DNA from: Candidatus Oxydemutatoraceae bacterium
Lineage (GTDB): Bacteria; Pseudomonadota; Gammaproteobacteria; Poriferisulfidales; Oxydemutatoraceae
Reading direction: 5' to 3'
Length of the DNA: 64,000 nucleotides
Assembly: GCA_965211995.1 (NCBI GenBank)
Contig: OZ243040.1
Location: forward strand, 1,362,163-1,426,162
This document shows, one piece after another, positions 11,121 to 20,520 of the stretch. The stretch's first letter is position 1, and each line of letters begins with the position of its first letter. The position numbers were made by a program, and so were the translations under genes. A model generated the notes under the pieces. That model had not been told where the DNA came from, searched no databases, and worked only from the letters and a program-made list of their open reading frames with translations.

Positions 11121-12020
11121 TTACGGCAACACGGCTAACTTGCTGTTCATCAACGCCGGGGCATACTTCGGCTTGTGCATGGGTCTCGTGCGCAACGTGC
11201 CCGCGAAAGCGCGCCGTATTCTGCTTCCGGATACGTCAACGTATTGTTCTTCCGTCTCCGCGCCTGCGCCGCGTCTGCCGTGACGAATGGCCGCAATAAT
11301 GGAACTGCCGGCTCCCAAAAACGGATCGAGCACCCAGTCGTCCCGGTTTGTCAGCGACAGCACCAGCCGCTCGACCAACTCCACCGGATACTGGCAGGGA
11401 TGCTCCGTTTTCTCCACGTGATTGCTTTTGACGTTGGGAACGTCCCAAACGTCCCCGGGATTTTTCCCCAGCGGATTACACGAATATTGTCCCGCCTTTG
11501 GTCCTTTGAAATACTTTTTGGCCGGGTACTTTTGCGGAACTCTAACGGGATCGAGGTTAAAAACATAATCCTTTGCCTTTCTAGTGAACCAGATGATCGT
11601 TTCGTGGCGCCCGGAAAATCTTTTTGAACAATGCAGCCCGTGTTCAAAGTACCAGATTATCCGATTTCTCATCACCAGCCCCAGATCGGAAAATACCGGA
11701 TACAGGGCGGCGTCAAGAGGAACAATAGCCCCGTCATCCACGTAATTCCCGACTTGCCAGCAGATGCTGCCGGTATCGGAAAGAACACGGACACACTCTT
11801 TTATCACCCCCGCCTGGCTTTCGAGGTATTGATTGAGGCCGGTTTTCTTCTCATATTCCTTGCCGATATTGTAAGGGGGCGACGTAACGATCAATTGGAT
11901 GGAACGATCCGGTATTTGTTCCAACAGGGCCAGGCAATCCCCGTGATAGACGACAACGCGCTCGTTCAATTTGAACGTGCCGGCTATTTCTGCTTTCGGG
12001 GCGGGCATAATCCGTTGCAT
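11121..12020 (-). CDS. Site-specific DNA amino-methyltransferase (beta class, SPPY motif, probably N4-cytosine), apparently orphan
   Basis: TSPPYNIGKEYE catalytic motif precedes HPCQYP and DPFLGAGS (SAM-binding); lower GC. Confidence 0.9.
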   Translation of the reverse strand: MQRIMPAPKAEIAGTFKLNERVVVYHGDCLALLEQIPDRSIQLIVTSPPYNIGKEYEKKTGLNQYLESQAGVIKECVRVLSDTGSICWQVGNYVDDGAIVPLDAALYPVFSDLGLVMRNRIIWYFEHGLHCSKRFSGRHETIIWFTRKAKDYVFNLDPVRVPQKYPAKKYFKGPKAGQYSCNPLGKNPGDVWDVPNVKSNHVEKTEHPCQYPVELVERLVLSLTNRDDWVLDPFLGAGSSIIAAIRHGRRGAGAETEEQYVDVSGSRIRRAFAGTLRTRPMHKPKYAPALMNSKLAVLP

Positions 12021-12154
12021 TATATGTCATATAACGGGACGGCCGCCGCCTGCGGCCGGCCGGCCTTAAAAAGAAACCAGCACCGCCGCTGCAATGCCGA
12101 CAAGCGCCAACGGTACGCCGGAAACCTCTTTCCCCGCGCGGGCGCAATACGAAG

Positions 12155-12880
12155 TTATCCGTCAAAAGAGTAGTTGAACCGCTCTATTTCCCACCGGGAA
12201 ATTTCCGCGACTTTATCGCGCAACTCGTCGTCGTAATATTCGCGGAAATGAGACCTTGAAGCGGATGTACTGATTTTTAAGGACTCTCCCAATTCCGGAA
12301 AACCGATCCGTTCGCCTACGTGCGCGAGATCCTCCCGCCGATTTTCATATCTTGCGACAAAGTCCACCAGCAGGTTGTTTTCTTCGTCGCACAGCAGTTT
12401 ATTCGCCGGAAGCCATGACTGCGCGCGTGAGCGGTATTTTGCGAACAGGACACTCTTAAAAGGCGCTCTCATCTGAGAGGGGGAAAGGGGCATTCCACAA
12501 TGAAAAATGTAAAGTGATACATATCTTTCCCACGGATTCCTGATGACGCTAAAAGTGAACCGCCTTTGCCAAAGTTCGTGTCCCGGCAGTTTCCGCATCT
12601 CCAATGCCGTTAAATGATCGGGCAAGCGGAAAATCCGCCCGCCGGCAAAGCGAGTTGCAAGCGATTTTTTCGTTGCCTCGCCGATGAAGTCAATCCGCCG
12701 GTCTTTACCATAAGGCCAGCCAAACCGGGCATCGAGTTCCGTTTTAAGAGAGGTGGAGGAAGTACGCGCAATATCAACGTACCAAAAGCCCGTCCCGGCG
12801 ACTTTACGCCGAACCAAAGGAAGAACCGGTTTCCCGAATATTTGCCTGAATGTCTTGCGGAGACTCATGCGATACGACAA
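12155..12880 (-). CDS. Sulfotransferase family 2-like protein
   Basis: IARTSSTSL (5'-PSB-like loop), RNPWERYVSLY (3'-PB-like), VDFVARYEN, YYDDEL...EIERFNYSF; low GC. Confidence 0.75.
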   Translation of the reverse strand: MSYRMSLRKTFRQIFGKPVLPLVRRKVAGTGFWYVDIARTSSTSLKTELDARFGWPYGKDRRIDFIGEATKKSLATRFAGGRIFRLPDHLTALEMRKLPGHELWQRRFTFSVIRNPWERYVSLYIFHCGMPLSPSQMRAPFKSVLFAKYRSRAQSWLPANKLLCDEENNLLVDFVARYENRREDLAHVGERIGFPELGESLKISTSASRSHFREYYDDELRDKVAEISRWEIERFNYSFDG

Positions 12881-12960
12881 TGATTTTTATTAAGACTGCC
12901 CGCAGATGCAACGCCATTACCCCATAGCCGTCAAACAAGGGGAAACAACAACCCCTTCAC

Positions 12961-13596
12961 TCAACCGACCAGCGGCACGAACTTAACCCCGAAGTGGCGC
13001 TCTTTCTTGTAGCCGTGCTCGTTGCGCCTGACCAGCATCAGGTGCTGGTCCTCTTCACCGACGGGCACGACCATGCGGCCGCCGACGGCGAGTTGGTCGA
13101 GCAGCGCGGGCGGCGCTTCTTTTGAAGCCGCGGTGACGATGACGCCGCCGTACGGCGCGAATTGCGTCCAGCCCTTGCCGCCGTCGGCGCAACGGAAATT
13201 CACGTTGCGGCAGTCGAGTTCCGTCAACAGTGCGCGTGCGGCGCTGTGCAATGCGCCGATGCGCTCGATCGTGAACACGCGGGGAACGAGCAGCGACAGC
13301 ACCGCCGTCTGATAACCCGAACCGGTGCCGACCTCGAGCACGACTTCGGGCACGCCATTGGCGATCAGCAGTTGGGTCATAAACGCGACGATGTACGGCT
13401 GCGACACGGTTTGATCGTGGCCGATCGGCAGCGCCTGATCGGCGTAAGCGAGATTGGCGAAACCCGGATCAACGAAACGGTGCCGCGGCACGCGCCCGAC
13501 CGCATCGAGCACCCGGCGGTCGGCGATGCCTTTGAATTCGAGTTCGGAGACGAGCCGCTCACACGCGTACTGGAATCGGTGTTCCGTCTCGCGCAT
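12961..13596 (-). CDS. pcm: protein-L-isoaspartate O-methyltransferase
   Basis: QTVSQPYIVA, VLEVGTGSGYQ, FVPLV. Confidence 0.96.
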   Translation of the reverse strand: MRETEHRFQYACERLVSELEFKGIADRRVLDAVGRVPRHRFVDPGFANLAYADQALPIGHDQTVSQPYIVAFMTQLLIANGVPEVVLEVGTGSGYQTAVLSLLVPRVFTIERIGALHSAARALLTELDCRNVNFRCADGGKGWTQFAPYGGVIVTAASKEAPPALLDQLAVGGRMVVPVGEEDQHLMLVRRNEHGYKKERHFGVKFVPLVG

Positions 13597-13602
13597 CGCC
13601 GC

Positions 13603-14358
13603 TCAGCGCAAACTTCCGAGCCAGTCGCCGACGGTTTCGAGGTGGCGGTGGCGGGTCAGGTCAACGTGCAAAGGCGTCACCGAAACGTAACCGGCGGCGA
13701 CCGCGTGAAAGTCGGTGCCGGACCCCGCGTCCTGCTCGGGACCGGGCGCGCCGATCCAGTAGATCGGTTCGCCGCGGGGGTCGCTGTCCTCGATCGCCGG
13801 CTCGGCGACGTGGCGGTTGCCGAGCCGGGTGCTTTTGAAGCCCTTGACGTCGTGCAACGGCACGTCGGGCACGTTGACGTTAAGGATGATCTCACGCGGC
13901 AGCGCCGCGTTTTTCAAATGCCCGATCAGCCGCCTGGTGACTTTGGCGGCGGTGTCGAGATGGCGCGGGCGCAGCGAAACGATCGACACCGCGACCGCGG
14001 GGAATCCCAGATAGCGCCCCTCCATCGCCGCCGCGACGGTGCCCGAATACACCACGTCGTCGCCCAGATTTTCGCCGTGGTTGACGCCCGACAACACCAT
14101 GTCGGGCGGCGCGTCCTTGAACAGGCCGGTCACGCCGAGGTGCACGCAATCGGTCGGCGTGCCGTTCACCGCGTATATGTTTTCGGATATGCGGGTGATG
14201 CGCAGGGGGCGGTCGAGTGTCAGCGAATTGCTCGCGGCGCTGCGGTCCTGGTCCGGCGCGACCACCGACACTTTGTCGGACGCGGCGAACGACGACGCGA
14301 GGATCCTGAGCCCCGGACTGTCGTAGCCGTCGTCATTGCTGATCAATATGTGCATCAA
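13603..14358 (-). CDS. surE: 5'/3'-nucleotidase SurE
   Basis: ILISNDDG, GTPTDCV, SGVNHGENLGDDVVYSGTV. Confidence 0.97.
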   Translation of the reverse strand: MMHILISNDDGYDSPGLRILASSFAASDKVSVVAPDQDRSAASNSLTLDRPLRITRISENIYAVNGTPTDCVHLGVTGLFKDAPPDMVLSGVNHGENLGDDVVYSGTVAAAMEGRYLGFPAVAVSIVSLRPRHLDTAAKVTRRLIGHLKNAALPREIILNVNVPDVPLHDVKGFKSTRLGNRHVAEPAIEDSDPRGEPIYWIGAPGPEQDAGSGTDFHAVAAGYVSVTPLHVDLTRHRHLETVGDWLGSLR

Positions 14359-14438
14359 ATCGGCGGGTGTGCGGTTTTTATATTACGGTATATCATAATG
14401 TGCGGCAACCGAATGAAACAACGGGCAAGCAACGAGCA

Positions 14439-14948
14439 ATGTCTGAAAACAATCACACCGGCGAAGAAACTTTCCGTGATCTGATCGAGCAAACCGAGGT
14501 TAAACACGGGAAACGCGAGCGCCCGCCGCAACCGCACGGCACACGGCACCCGCAGCCGCGCCCACCCACCGGCGCGCCGGCGACAACCAAAAACATTCCG
14601 GCCGAATTCATGCGCGCAGGCGTACAACACAAGGAGATGCGCCGCCTGAAGCAGGGGAAATTCCCCCTCAACGATGACCGGAAGATTGACCTGCACGGCC
14701 TGAAGCGCGACGAGGCTCATCAGCCCCTGAGCGAGTTCATAGACCACTGCTTGAACAACGACATCCGCTATGCCTGCGTGATCTGCGGCAAGGGTGTCCA
14801 TTCGCCCGGCAAACCCGTGCTCAGGCCGGCAGTCCGCAGTTGGCTGTCCCATCACCGCAAAGTGCTTGCGTATTGCCCCGCACAATTGAAAGACGGCGGC
14901 GACGGCGCCTTGTACGTTCTGCTCAAAACCGGACACGCGGGGCCTTGA
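14439..14948 (+). CDS. Smr/MutS2 C-terminal domain protein
   Basis: IDLHG, ICGKG, GGDGALYVLL. Start set at ATG 14439. Confidence 0.88.
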   Translation: MSENNHTGEETFRDLIEQTEVKHGKRERPPQPHGTRHPQPRPPTGAPATTKNIPAEFMRAGVQHKEMRRLKQGKFPLNDDRKIDLHGLKRDEAHQPLSEFIDHCLNNDIRYACVICGKGVHSPGKPVLRPAVRSWLSHHRKVLAYCPAQLKDGGDGALYVLLKTGHAGP

Positions 14949-14950
14949 CG

Positions 14951-16228
14951 ATGAAACCCGCCGCGGAACAGGCGCCGCTGCATGACCCGAGTTGCCAGGA
15001 CGATTACGATCCGGGCTCTTTGCCGATCGCCGCAGCCGCCGAGCGCATCATGTCCACGGTCGCGCCCGTCGCCGATACCGAAACATTGCCGCTGCGCGCC
15101 GCACTCGGCAGAGTCCTCGCGCAAACGGTGAACTCGACGATCAACGTGCCCGGGCACGCCAACTCGGCGATGGACGGCTACGCGCTGCGTCTGCGTGACC
15201 TGCCCCGGTCGGGAGCGGGCGAATTCAAGGTCGTCGGCAAGGCGCTCGCCGGACGCCCCTACGCGGGCGGGGTCGGCGCCGGCGAATGTGTGCGCATTAT
15301 GACCGGCGCGGTGCTGCCCGCCGACTGCGACACAGTGGTGATCCAGGAGCAGGCCGAGGCAAGCGGCGGCGGCGTCAGGATCGGCGGCGGTCACCGCAAG
15401 GGGCAGAACGTGCGCCTCGCCGGTGAAGACGTCGCCGCCGGTGAGAAAGTGCTCGACGCCGGGCGGCGCCTGAGTCCCGCCGACGTCGGCCTGCTCGCGT
15501 CGGTCGGAGCCACCGAAGCGACGGTGACGAGACCTCTCAAAGTCGCGTTTTTCTCGACCGGCAGCGAACTGCGCCCCGCCGGCGAACCGCTCGCCGCGGG
15601 GCAGATCTACGACAGCAACCGTTACACCTTGTTTGGAATGCTCACCCGTCTCGGCGTCGAAATCTCCGACCTCGGCATCGTCGCCGACGACCGTGCGGCG
15701 CTGATCGAGGCGTTCGGGCGAGCGACGGCGGCCGATGCGGTCATCACTTCGGGCGGCGTGTCGGTCGGTGAGGCCGACTATGTTAAAGAGATCCTGGCGC
15801 AACTCGGCCGGGTGCATTTCTGGAAAGTCGCGGTCAAACCCGGCCGGCCGCTCGCGTTCGGGCGCATCGGCGACACCGCCTATTTCGGGCTGCCGGGCAA
15901 CCCGGTGTCGGTGATGGTGACTTTCTACGTGCTGGTGCAGCCGGCGCTGAAAGCGATGATGGGGGAAACGCACCAAGCGGCCGCGCTCAGGCTGCGCGCG
16001 CGCAGCCTCGACAAGTTGCGCAAACGCCCCGGGCGCGTTGAATTTCAGCGCGGCATTCTTGAACGCGGCGAAGACGGCGAATACAACGTGCGTAAAACCG
16101 GCGCGCAAGGCTCCGGGATCCTGAGCTCGATGACGGCGGCAAACTGCCTGATTATCCTCGGCACCGAAGAAAAAGAAATCGCACCCGGCGCCGCGGTCGA
16201 AGTGATCCCGTTCGACAGCCTGACCTGA
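14951..16228 (+). CDS. moeA: molybdopterin molybdotransferase
   Basis: SAMDGYA, RIMTGA, SGGVSVGEAD, GLPGNPVS. Start at ATG 14951. Confidence 0.96.
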   Translation: MKPAAEQAPLHDPSCQDDYDPGSLPIAAAAERIMSTVAPVADTETLPLRAALGRVLAQTVNSTINVPGHANSAMDGYALRLRDLPRSGAGEFKVVGKALAGRPYAGGVGAGECVRIMTGAVLPADCDTVVIQEQAEASGGGVRIGGGHRKGQNVRLAGEDVAAGEKVLDAGRRLSPADVGLLASVGATEATVTRPLKVAFFSTGSELRPAGEPLAAGQIYDSNRYTLFGMLTRLGVEISDLGIVADDRAALIEAFGRATAADAVITSGGVSVGEADYVKEILAQLGRVHFWKVAVKPGRPLAFGRIGDTAYFGLPGNPVSVMVTFYVLVQPALKAMMGETHQAAALRLRARSLDKLRKRPGRVEFQRGILERGEDGEYNVRKTGAQGSGILSSMTAANCLIILGTEEKEIAPGAAVEVIPFDSLT

Positions 16229-16237
16229 AACCCGCCC

Positions 16238-16825
16238 TTACCGCTTGACGAAAACCAGTTTGAAACTGACCGGGATCGTGGCCGGGATATTGAACAACCC
16301 GACCAACTCCTTGAGTTTGCCGAAACCGTCGAGCATGCCGTAATCCACGGCGTTAACCAGAATCGGCGCGGTCGTCTGCACCACCAGGCTGTCGCCGGCG
16401 CGCGCAACGCTGATCTCGCCTTTCACCTTGCGGGTGACGCCGCGCATGGTCAGCGCGGCTTCGACCGTCTGCGTCCGTCCGGGCGGATAGTGCTGCGCCG
16501 GGGCGCCGACCGCGAGCCTGACCGTCGCCCGCGGATGATGCGCGACGTCGAACACGTATTGCCTGATCCGCTCGTCGCGGATCTCAACGCCGGTGTCAAC
16601 GCTGTTCAGGTCTATGTCGAGCATGACTTCGCCGGCGTCATTGATGCCGCCCGAGAAACCATTGAAGCGGTTGTTCTCGAACACCGTCTGAAAAGTCGCG
16701 GTCATCTTGCTCGAAAGGTAGGTGACCGCGGAACGGTCGCGCGCAACGACCCAGTCGGCGACCGCCGCGAGCGGCAAGGCGGCGAGCACCACACATGCGA
16801 CGATGCGTTGCATAAAAAGTTTCAT
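16238..16825 (-). CDS. YceI-family secreted lipid/polyisoprenoid-binding protein
   Basis: Signal peptide; IDLNSVDTGVEIRDERI; LTMRGVT. Confidence 0.8.
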   Translation of the reverse strand: MKLFMQRIVACVVLAALPLAAVADWVVARDRSAVTYLSSKMTATFQTVFENNRFNGFSGGINDAGEVMLDIDLNSVDTGVEIRDERIRQYVFDVAHHPRATVRLAVGAPAQHYPPGRTQTVEAALTMRGVTRKVKGEISVARAGDSLVVQTTAPILVNAVDYGMLDGFGKLKELVGLFNIPATIPVSFKLVFVKR

Positions 16826-16839
16826 GTTGCTCCCCGGCG

Positions 16840-17292
16840 TCAATGCCCCGGCGTGTTTTCCTTGACCCAGCGCGCACCGTGCTTGAGGGTCTCCCGCTTC
16901 CAAAACGGCGCCTTTGATTTAAGGTCTTCCATGATACACCGGTTGGCGGCGTAAGCGTCGCGGCGGTGCGCGGCCCATACCGCGACCAGCACGATTGCCT
17001 CTCCCGGCAGCACTTCTCCGACGCGATGGACGACCAAAGCGTCGCCGATCGCGTGTTCGGACGCGGCGCGCTCAAGCGTGCGCTCGATCTGCGCGTGCGT
17101 CATCCGCGGATAATATTCAAGATACATCGCGGTCACTTCGTCGCCCTGATTGAAGTCGCGCATGGTGCCGACGAACACCGACGCCGCACCGAACTCGCCC
17201 GGGTGCGCCGCCCCCGCTCCCGACTTCCGGGGCCGGTATTCGGACAACCTGCGCCACGGGTCAAAGGCGCTTTCGATGATCTCCACCTGCAT
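16840..17292 (-). CDS. moaE: molybdopterin synthase catalytic subunit
   Basis: FVGTMRD, LEYYP, HRVG, LKSKAPFWKRE. Confidence 0.95.
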   Translation of the reverse strand: MQVEIIESAFDPWRRLSEYRPRKSGAGAAHPGEFGAASVFVGTMRDFNQGDEVTAMYLEYYPRMTHAQIERTLERAASEHAIGDALVVHRVGEVLPGEAIVLVAVWAAHRRDAYAANRCIMEDLKSKAPFWKRETLKHGARWVKENTPGH

Positions 17293-17357
17293 CACTGTAC
17301 TCTCGCGTTCGTTGCGCGGGTCTATAATACTCCGCCGCGCAAACAAGCGCCAAGAAC

Positions 17358-17882
17358 ATGAAAAACGCACAGTTCATCCCGCTCGGAATCGCAGTGCTGA
17401 CGGTGTCCGACACCCGCGACGAGGCCGGCGACAAATCGGGGGCGTTGCTGGTCGAGCGCATCAAAGCGGCGCACCACCGCTGCGTTGAAAAACGCATCGT
17501 CCCCGACGACGTCGCGCGGATCCAGACCGAACTGTCCGCGTGGATCGCGAACGACGAAGTTGACGCGGTGCTCACGACCGGCGGCACCGGACTGACCGGG
17601 CGCGACAACACGCCGGAAGCCGCGCGCGAGATGTTCGACAAAACCATAGACGGGTTCGGCGAGATGTTCCGCGTCTTGTCGTACGCAACGATCGGCACCT
17701 CGACTTTGCAGTCGCGCGCGATCGCGGGCGTCGCCGGCGGGACGTTCATCTTCTGCCTGCCGGGTTCGCCCGGCGCGTGCGCCGACGCCTGGGACAAATT
17801 GATCAGCCATCAGTTGGATCACCGCACCCGCCCGTGCAACCTGGTCGAACTGAGGCCGCGGCTCGCCGCGCGCAACGGGTAA
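17358..17882 (+). CDS. moaB: molybdenum cofactor biosynthesis protein B
   Basis: VLTVSDTR, TTGGTGLTGRD, QSRA, LPGSPGAC, RPCN. Confidence 0.95.
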   Translation: MKNAQFIPLGIAVLTVSDTRDEAGDKSGALLVERIKAAHHRCVEKRIVPDDVARIQTELSAWIANDEVDAVLTTGGTGLTGRDNTPEAAREMFDKTIDGFGEMFRVLSYATIGTSTLQSRAIAGVAGGTFIFCLPGSPGACADAWDKLISHQLDHRTRPCNLVELRPRLAARNG

Positions 17883-17906
17883 GCCGGCCCGTTCGCGTTA
17901 TCCCGA

Positions 17907-18090
17907 ATCCAGGTTTGAAGCGCGGCGTTTGCCCGTCATCCGCCCGTGCCCGTCCGGCGTCGTCTGCGGATTGACTTTGGGCGCCGCAATTGACGCGGAC
18001 GTTCGCAGATCAAGGCGGTCTTGTTGTGAGCACTCAGGCGCTGCCGCGAAGCGCCTGCCTTTCTTCCTGTTGCCGCGCTTCGGACTGGAA
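17907..18090. repeat. Dispersed ~175-185 bp element with terminal inverted repeats (MITE-like), copy 1
   Basis: Left tccaggtttgaagcgcggcgtttgcccgtcatc and right gccgcgcttcggactggaa are inverted repeats; ends match the copies at 19975 and 23481. Confidence 0.7.
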
Positions 18091-18160
18091 TTTTCCCATC
18101 CGCGGATTTATTTTTCGGCCTCGCCGACGGCGGCGCTGCGGACTTGGATGGGGTGGGTGG

Positions 18161-19180
18161 CTAGCCGCCGATGTACGACATCTCGATCTTGTTCAGCGCG
18201 ACGGTGTCGTCGCTGCGCGATTCGGAGTAGCGGTCATCGCGCCGGCGCCACACGCCGCTGATCCATTCGCCGAGCGCCGCGTCCGAATCGCCGCTGCGCA
18301 GGGCGCGGCGCAGATCGTGTCCGTGCACCGCGAACAAGCAGGTGTACAACCGCCCTTCCGCCGACAGCCTCATGCGGCTGCAATCGGCGCAAAACGGCTG
18401 CGTTACTGAGGCGATAACGCCGATCTCGCCGCCGCCGTCGCGATAGCGCCAGCGCCGCGCGACTTCGCCGCGGTAATTCGGCTGCACCGGCTCGAGCGGC
18501 ATTTCCCCGCCGATGAGTTCGACGATCTCAGACGCCGGGAACACGTCGTCCATGCGCCAGCCGTTGGTCGTGCCGACGTCCATGTACTCAATAAAGCGCA
18601 GCACGTGCCCGCTGCCGTGAAACCGGCGCGCCATCGGCAGCACCTGACGGTCGTTGACGCCGCGCCTGACGACCATGTTGATCTTGACGGGCAGGCCGGC
18701 GGCGGCGGCGCAGTCGATCGCGGCGAGCACGCGCGCGACCGGAAAGCCGCTGTCGCTGAGCGCGGCGAAAACCTTTTGGTCGAGCGCGTCGAGGCTGACG
18801 GTGACCCGCGACAGCCCCGCCGCTTTCAGCGCGCGCGCGCGCGCGGCGTCGAGCACCGTACCGTTGGTCGTGAGGCTGACGTCGGCGACTCCCGCAACGG
18901 CGGCGATGTACTCGACCAGGATCTCGATGCGCTTGCGCAGCAACGGCTCACCGCCGGTGAGGCGGATCTTGCTGACGCCTAGCGCGGTGAAAATCCCGAC
19001 GCTGCGCACAATCTCCTCGAAAGACAGTATTTCCGAACGCTGCAGGAATTTGTATCCCGAGCCGAACACCTCTTTCGGCATGCAGTAGGTGCAGCGAAAG
19101 TTGCAACGGTCGGTCACCGAGATCCTGAGATCGCGGATGGGCCGTCCCAATTTGTCAATCAATTCTTTCATGCCGGTCAT
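18161..19180 (-). CDS. moaA: GTP 3',8-cyclase
   Basis: CNFRCTYC radical-SAM motif, FCADCSR, C-terminal MSYIGG. Confidence 0.98.
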   Translation of the reverse strand: MTGMKELIDKLGRPIRDLRISVTDRCNFRCTYCMPKEVFGSGYKFLQRSEILSFEEIVRSVGIFTALGVSKIRLTGGEPLLRKRIEILVEYIAAVAGVADVSLTTNGTVLDAARARALKAAGLSRVTVSLDALDQKVFAALSDSGFPVARVLAAIDCAAAAGLPVKINMVVRRGVNDRQVLPMARRFHGSGHVLRFIEYMDVGTTNGWRMDDVFPASEIVELIGGEMPLEPVQPNYRGEVARRWRYRDGGGEIGVIASVTQPFCADCSRMRLSAEGRLYTCLFAVHGHDLRRALRSGDSDAALGEWISGVWRRRDDRYSESRSDDTVALNKIEMSYIGG

Positions 19181-19181
19181 T

Positions 19182-20012
19182 CTAACCTCGGCGGTCGGTT
19201 CGCATATTCAAAAAACGCATAACGCGCCGGACGCTGTCTTGCGCCGCCACCGCATTGTACTTAACGCGGTGCCCGAAATAACTCAAGTCCAATCCGGGCA
19301 CGTCGAAACTGTGGTGCGCGCCGGGGTACACCACCAGTTCGTAAACGTGCCCGGCGCGGTCGCCGATGCGCATGTCGCGGCAGCGGGCGGCGGGCGTCCA
19401 GTCGTCGCGGTCGCCGATCAGCACCAGCAAGTCGGCGTTCAGCACGGGCAGCACGTCGTAGCAGTAGGGATAAAAAGCGATCACGCCCTTGAGCCGGGAA
19501 AACGGCGAAGCGGCGTGCAACTGCGTGAGCAGCGCCGCGGTCGCGCCGTGCGACGCGCCGGCCAGGAACACGCCGTCGCGGTCGAAACGCCCGTCGCGCA
19601 TGACCCAGTGCAACGCGGCCGCGGCGTCCATGCTGCGCGTCATCGGCGAGACGCGGAACACGTCGCCGCAAACGTTGGCGACGCCGCGCGGCGTCAGGCT
19701 GTCCACCTGCAATACCGCGAAACCCGCGCCGGTCAGTTGCGGCAGCCATACGCGGTTGCGCGCTTCCCAGATGCCGCCGCAGCCGTGCAAGTCAATTACG
19801 ATCGGATGAGGCCCCGCGCCCGCGGGCAGATAGAGGTCGCCGCGCACCGGCGCGGAAGCCCCCGCGAACGCGACTTTGTCGGGCGTCGGCAAGACGGCGC
19901 ACCCCCCCGCATACAAAACGAGAAAGCAAACCAGGCACGCGGCGGGCGAGCCTAAGGCAACGTGCGGGCGGCGCGCCGGACTCAAGTCTGAAGTGCGGCG
20001 TTGACCCGTCAT
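19182..20012 (-). CDS. Dienelactone hydrolase-family alpha/beta hydrolase, probably exported; start uncertain (ATG 20012 or TTG 19985)
   Basis: LHGCGG, GASHGA nucleophile elbow, GDRDDWTP, YPGAHHSFD; hydrophobic N-terminal segment ending AGGC. Confidence 0.8.
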   Translation of the reverse strand: MTGQRRTSDLSPARRPHVALGSPAACLVCFLVLYAGGCAVLPTPDKVAFAGASAPVRGDLYLPAGAGPHPIVIDLHGCGGIWEARNRVWLPQLTGAGFAVLQVDSLTPRGVANVCGDVFRVSPMTRSMDAAAALHWVMRDGRFDRDGVFLAGASHGATAALLTQLHAASPFSRLKGVIAFYPYCYDVLPVLNADLLVLIGDRDDWTPAARCRDMRIGDRAGHVYELVVYPGAHHSFDVPGLDLSYFGHRVKYNAVAAQDSVRRVMRFLNMRTDRRG

Positions 20013-20434
20013 CCTCCGGTGCCTGCCCGCGCTGTCTTTTGCAGGCCCCCTCACCGCCCGGGCGGCGGCGTCCGGCCGACTTCCTCTCGAGGGTGGAGCG
20101 ACTTTCAACGGCCCGCTCCGCTTCCTTTGATCGCACTGGCGTTGACCCGTCATCCTCCGGTGCCTGCCCGCGCTGTCTTTTGCAGGCCCCCTCACCGCCC
20201 GGGCGGCGGCGTCCGGCCGACTTCCTCTCGAAGACGGAGCGACTTTCAGCAGCCCGCTCCGCTTCCTTTGATCGCACTGGCGTTGACCCGTCATCCTCCG
20301 GTGCCTGCCCGCGCTGTCTTTTGCAGACCCCCTCACCGCCCGGGCGGCGGCGTCCGGCCGACTTCCTCTCGAGGGCGGAGCGACTTTCAGCAGCCCGCTC
20401 CGCTTCCTTTGATCGCACTTCAGGCTGGAAGTTG
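19975..20434. repeat. MITE-like element copy 2 with its internal 141-bp segment triplicated
   Basis: ttgacccgtcatcctccgg at 20001, 20142 and 20283; ends caagtctgaagtgcg ... cgcacttcaggctggaag. Confidence 0.9.
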
Positions 20435-20520
20435 ACCGAGGGGCGAAAGGGCGCGGCTCAAATCGGCCGCAAACTTTCAAATATATAATGCGTATCAAAT
20501 AAATACACCGGGGACGAAAC

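Noticed and set aside
11121-12880. Complete type II restriction-modification system
   Set aside because: The neighbouring ORF has sulfotransferase-like motifs, not a recognisable nuclease motif.
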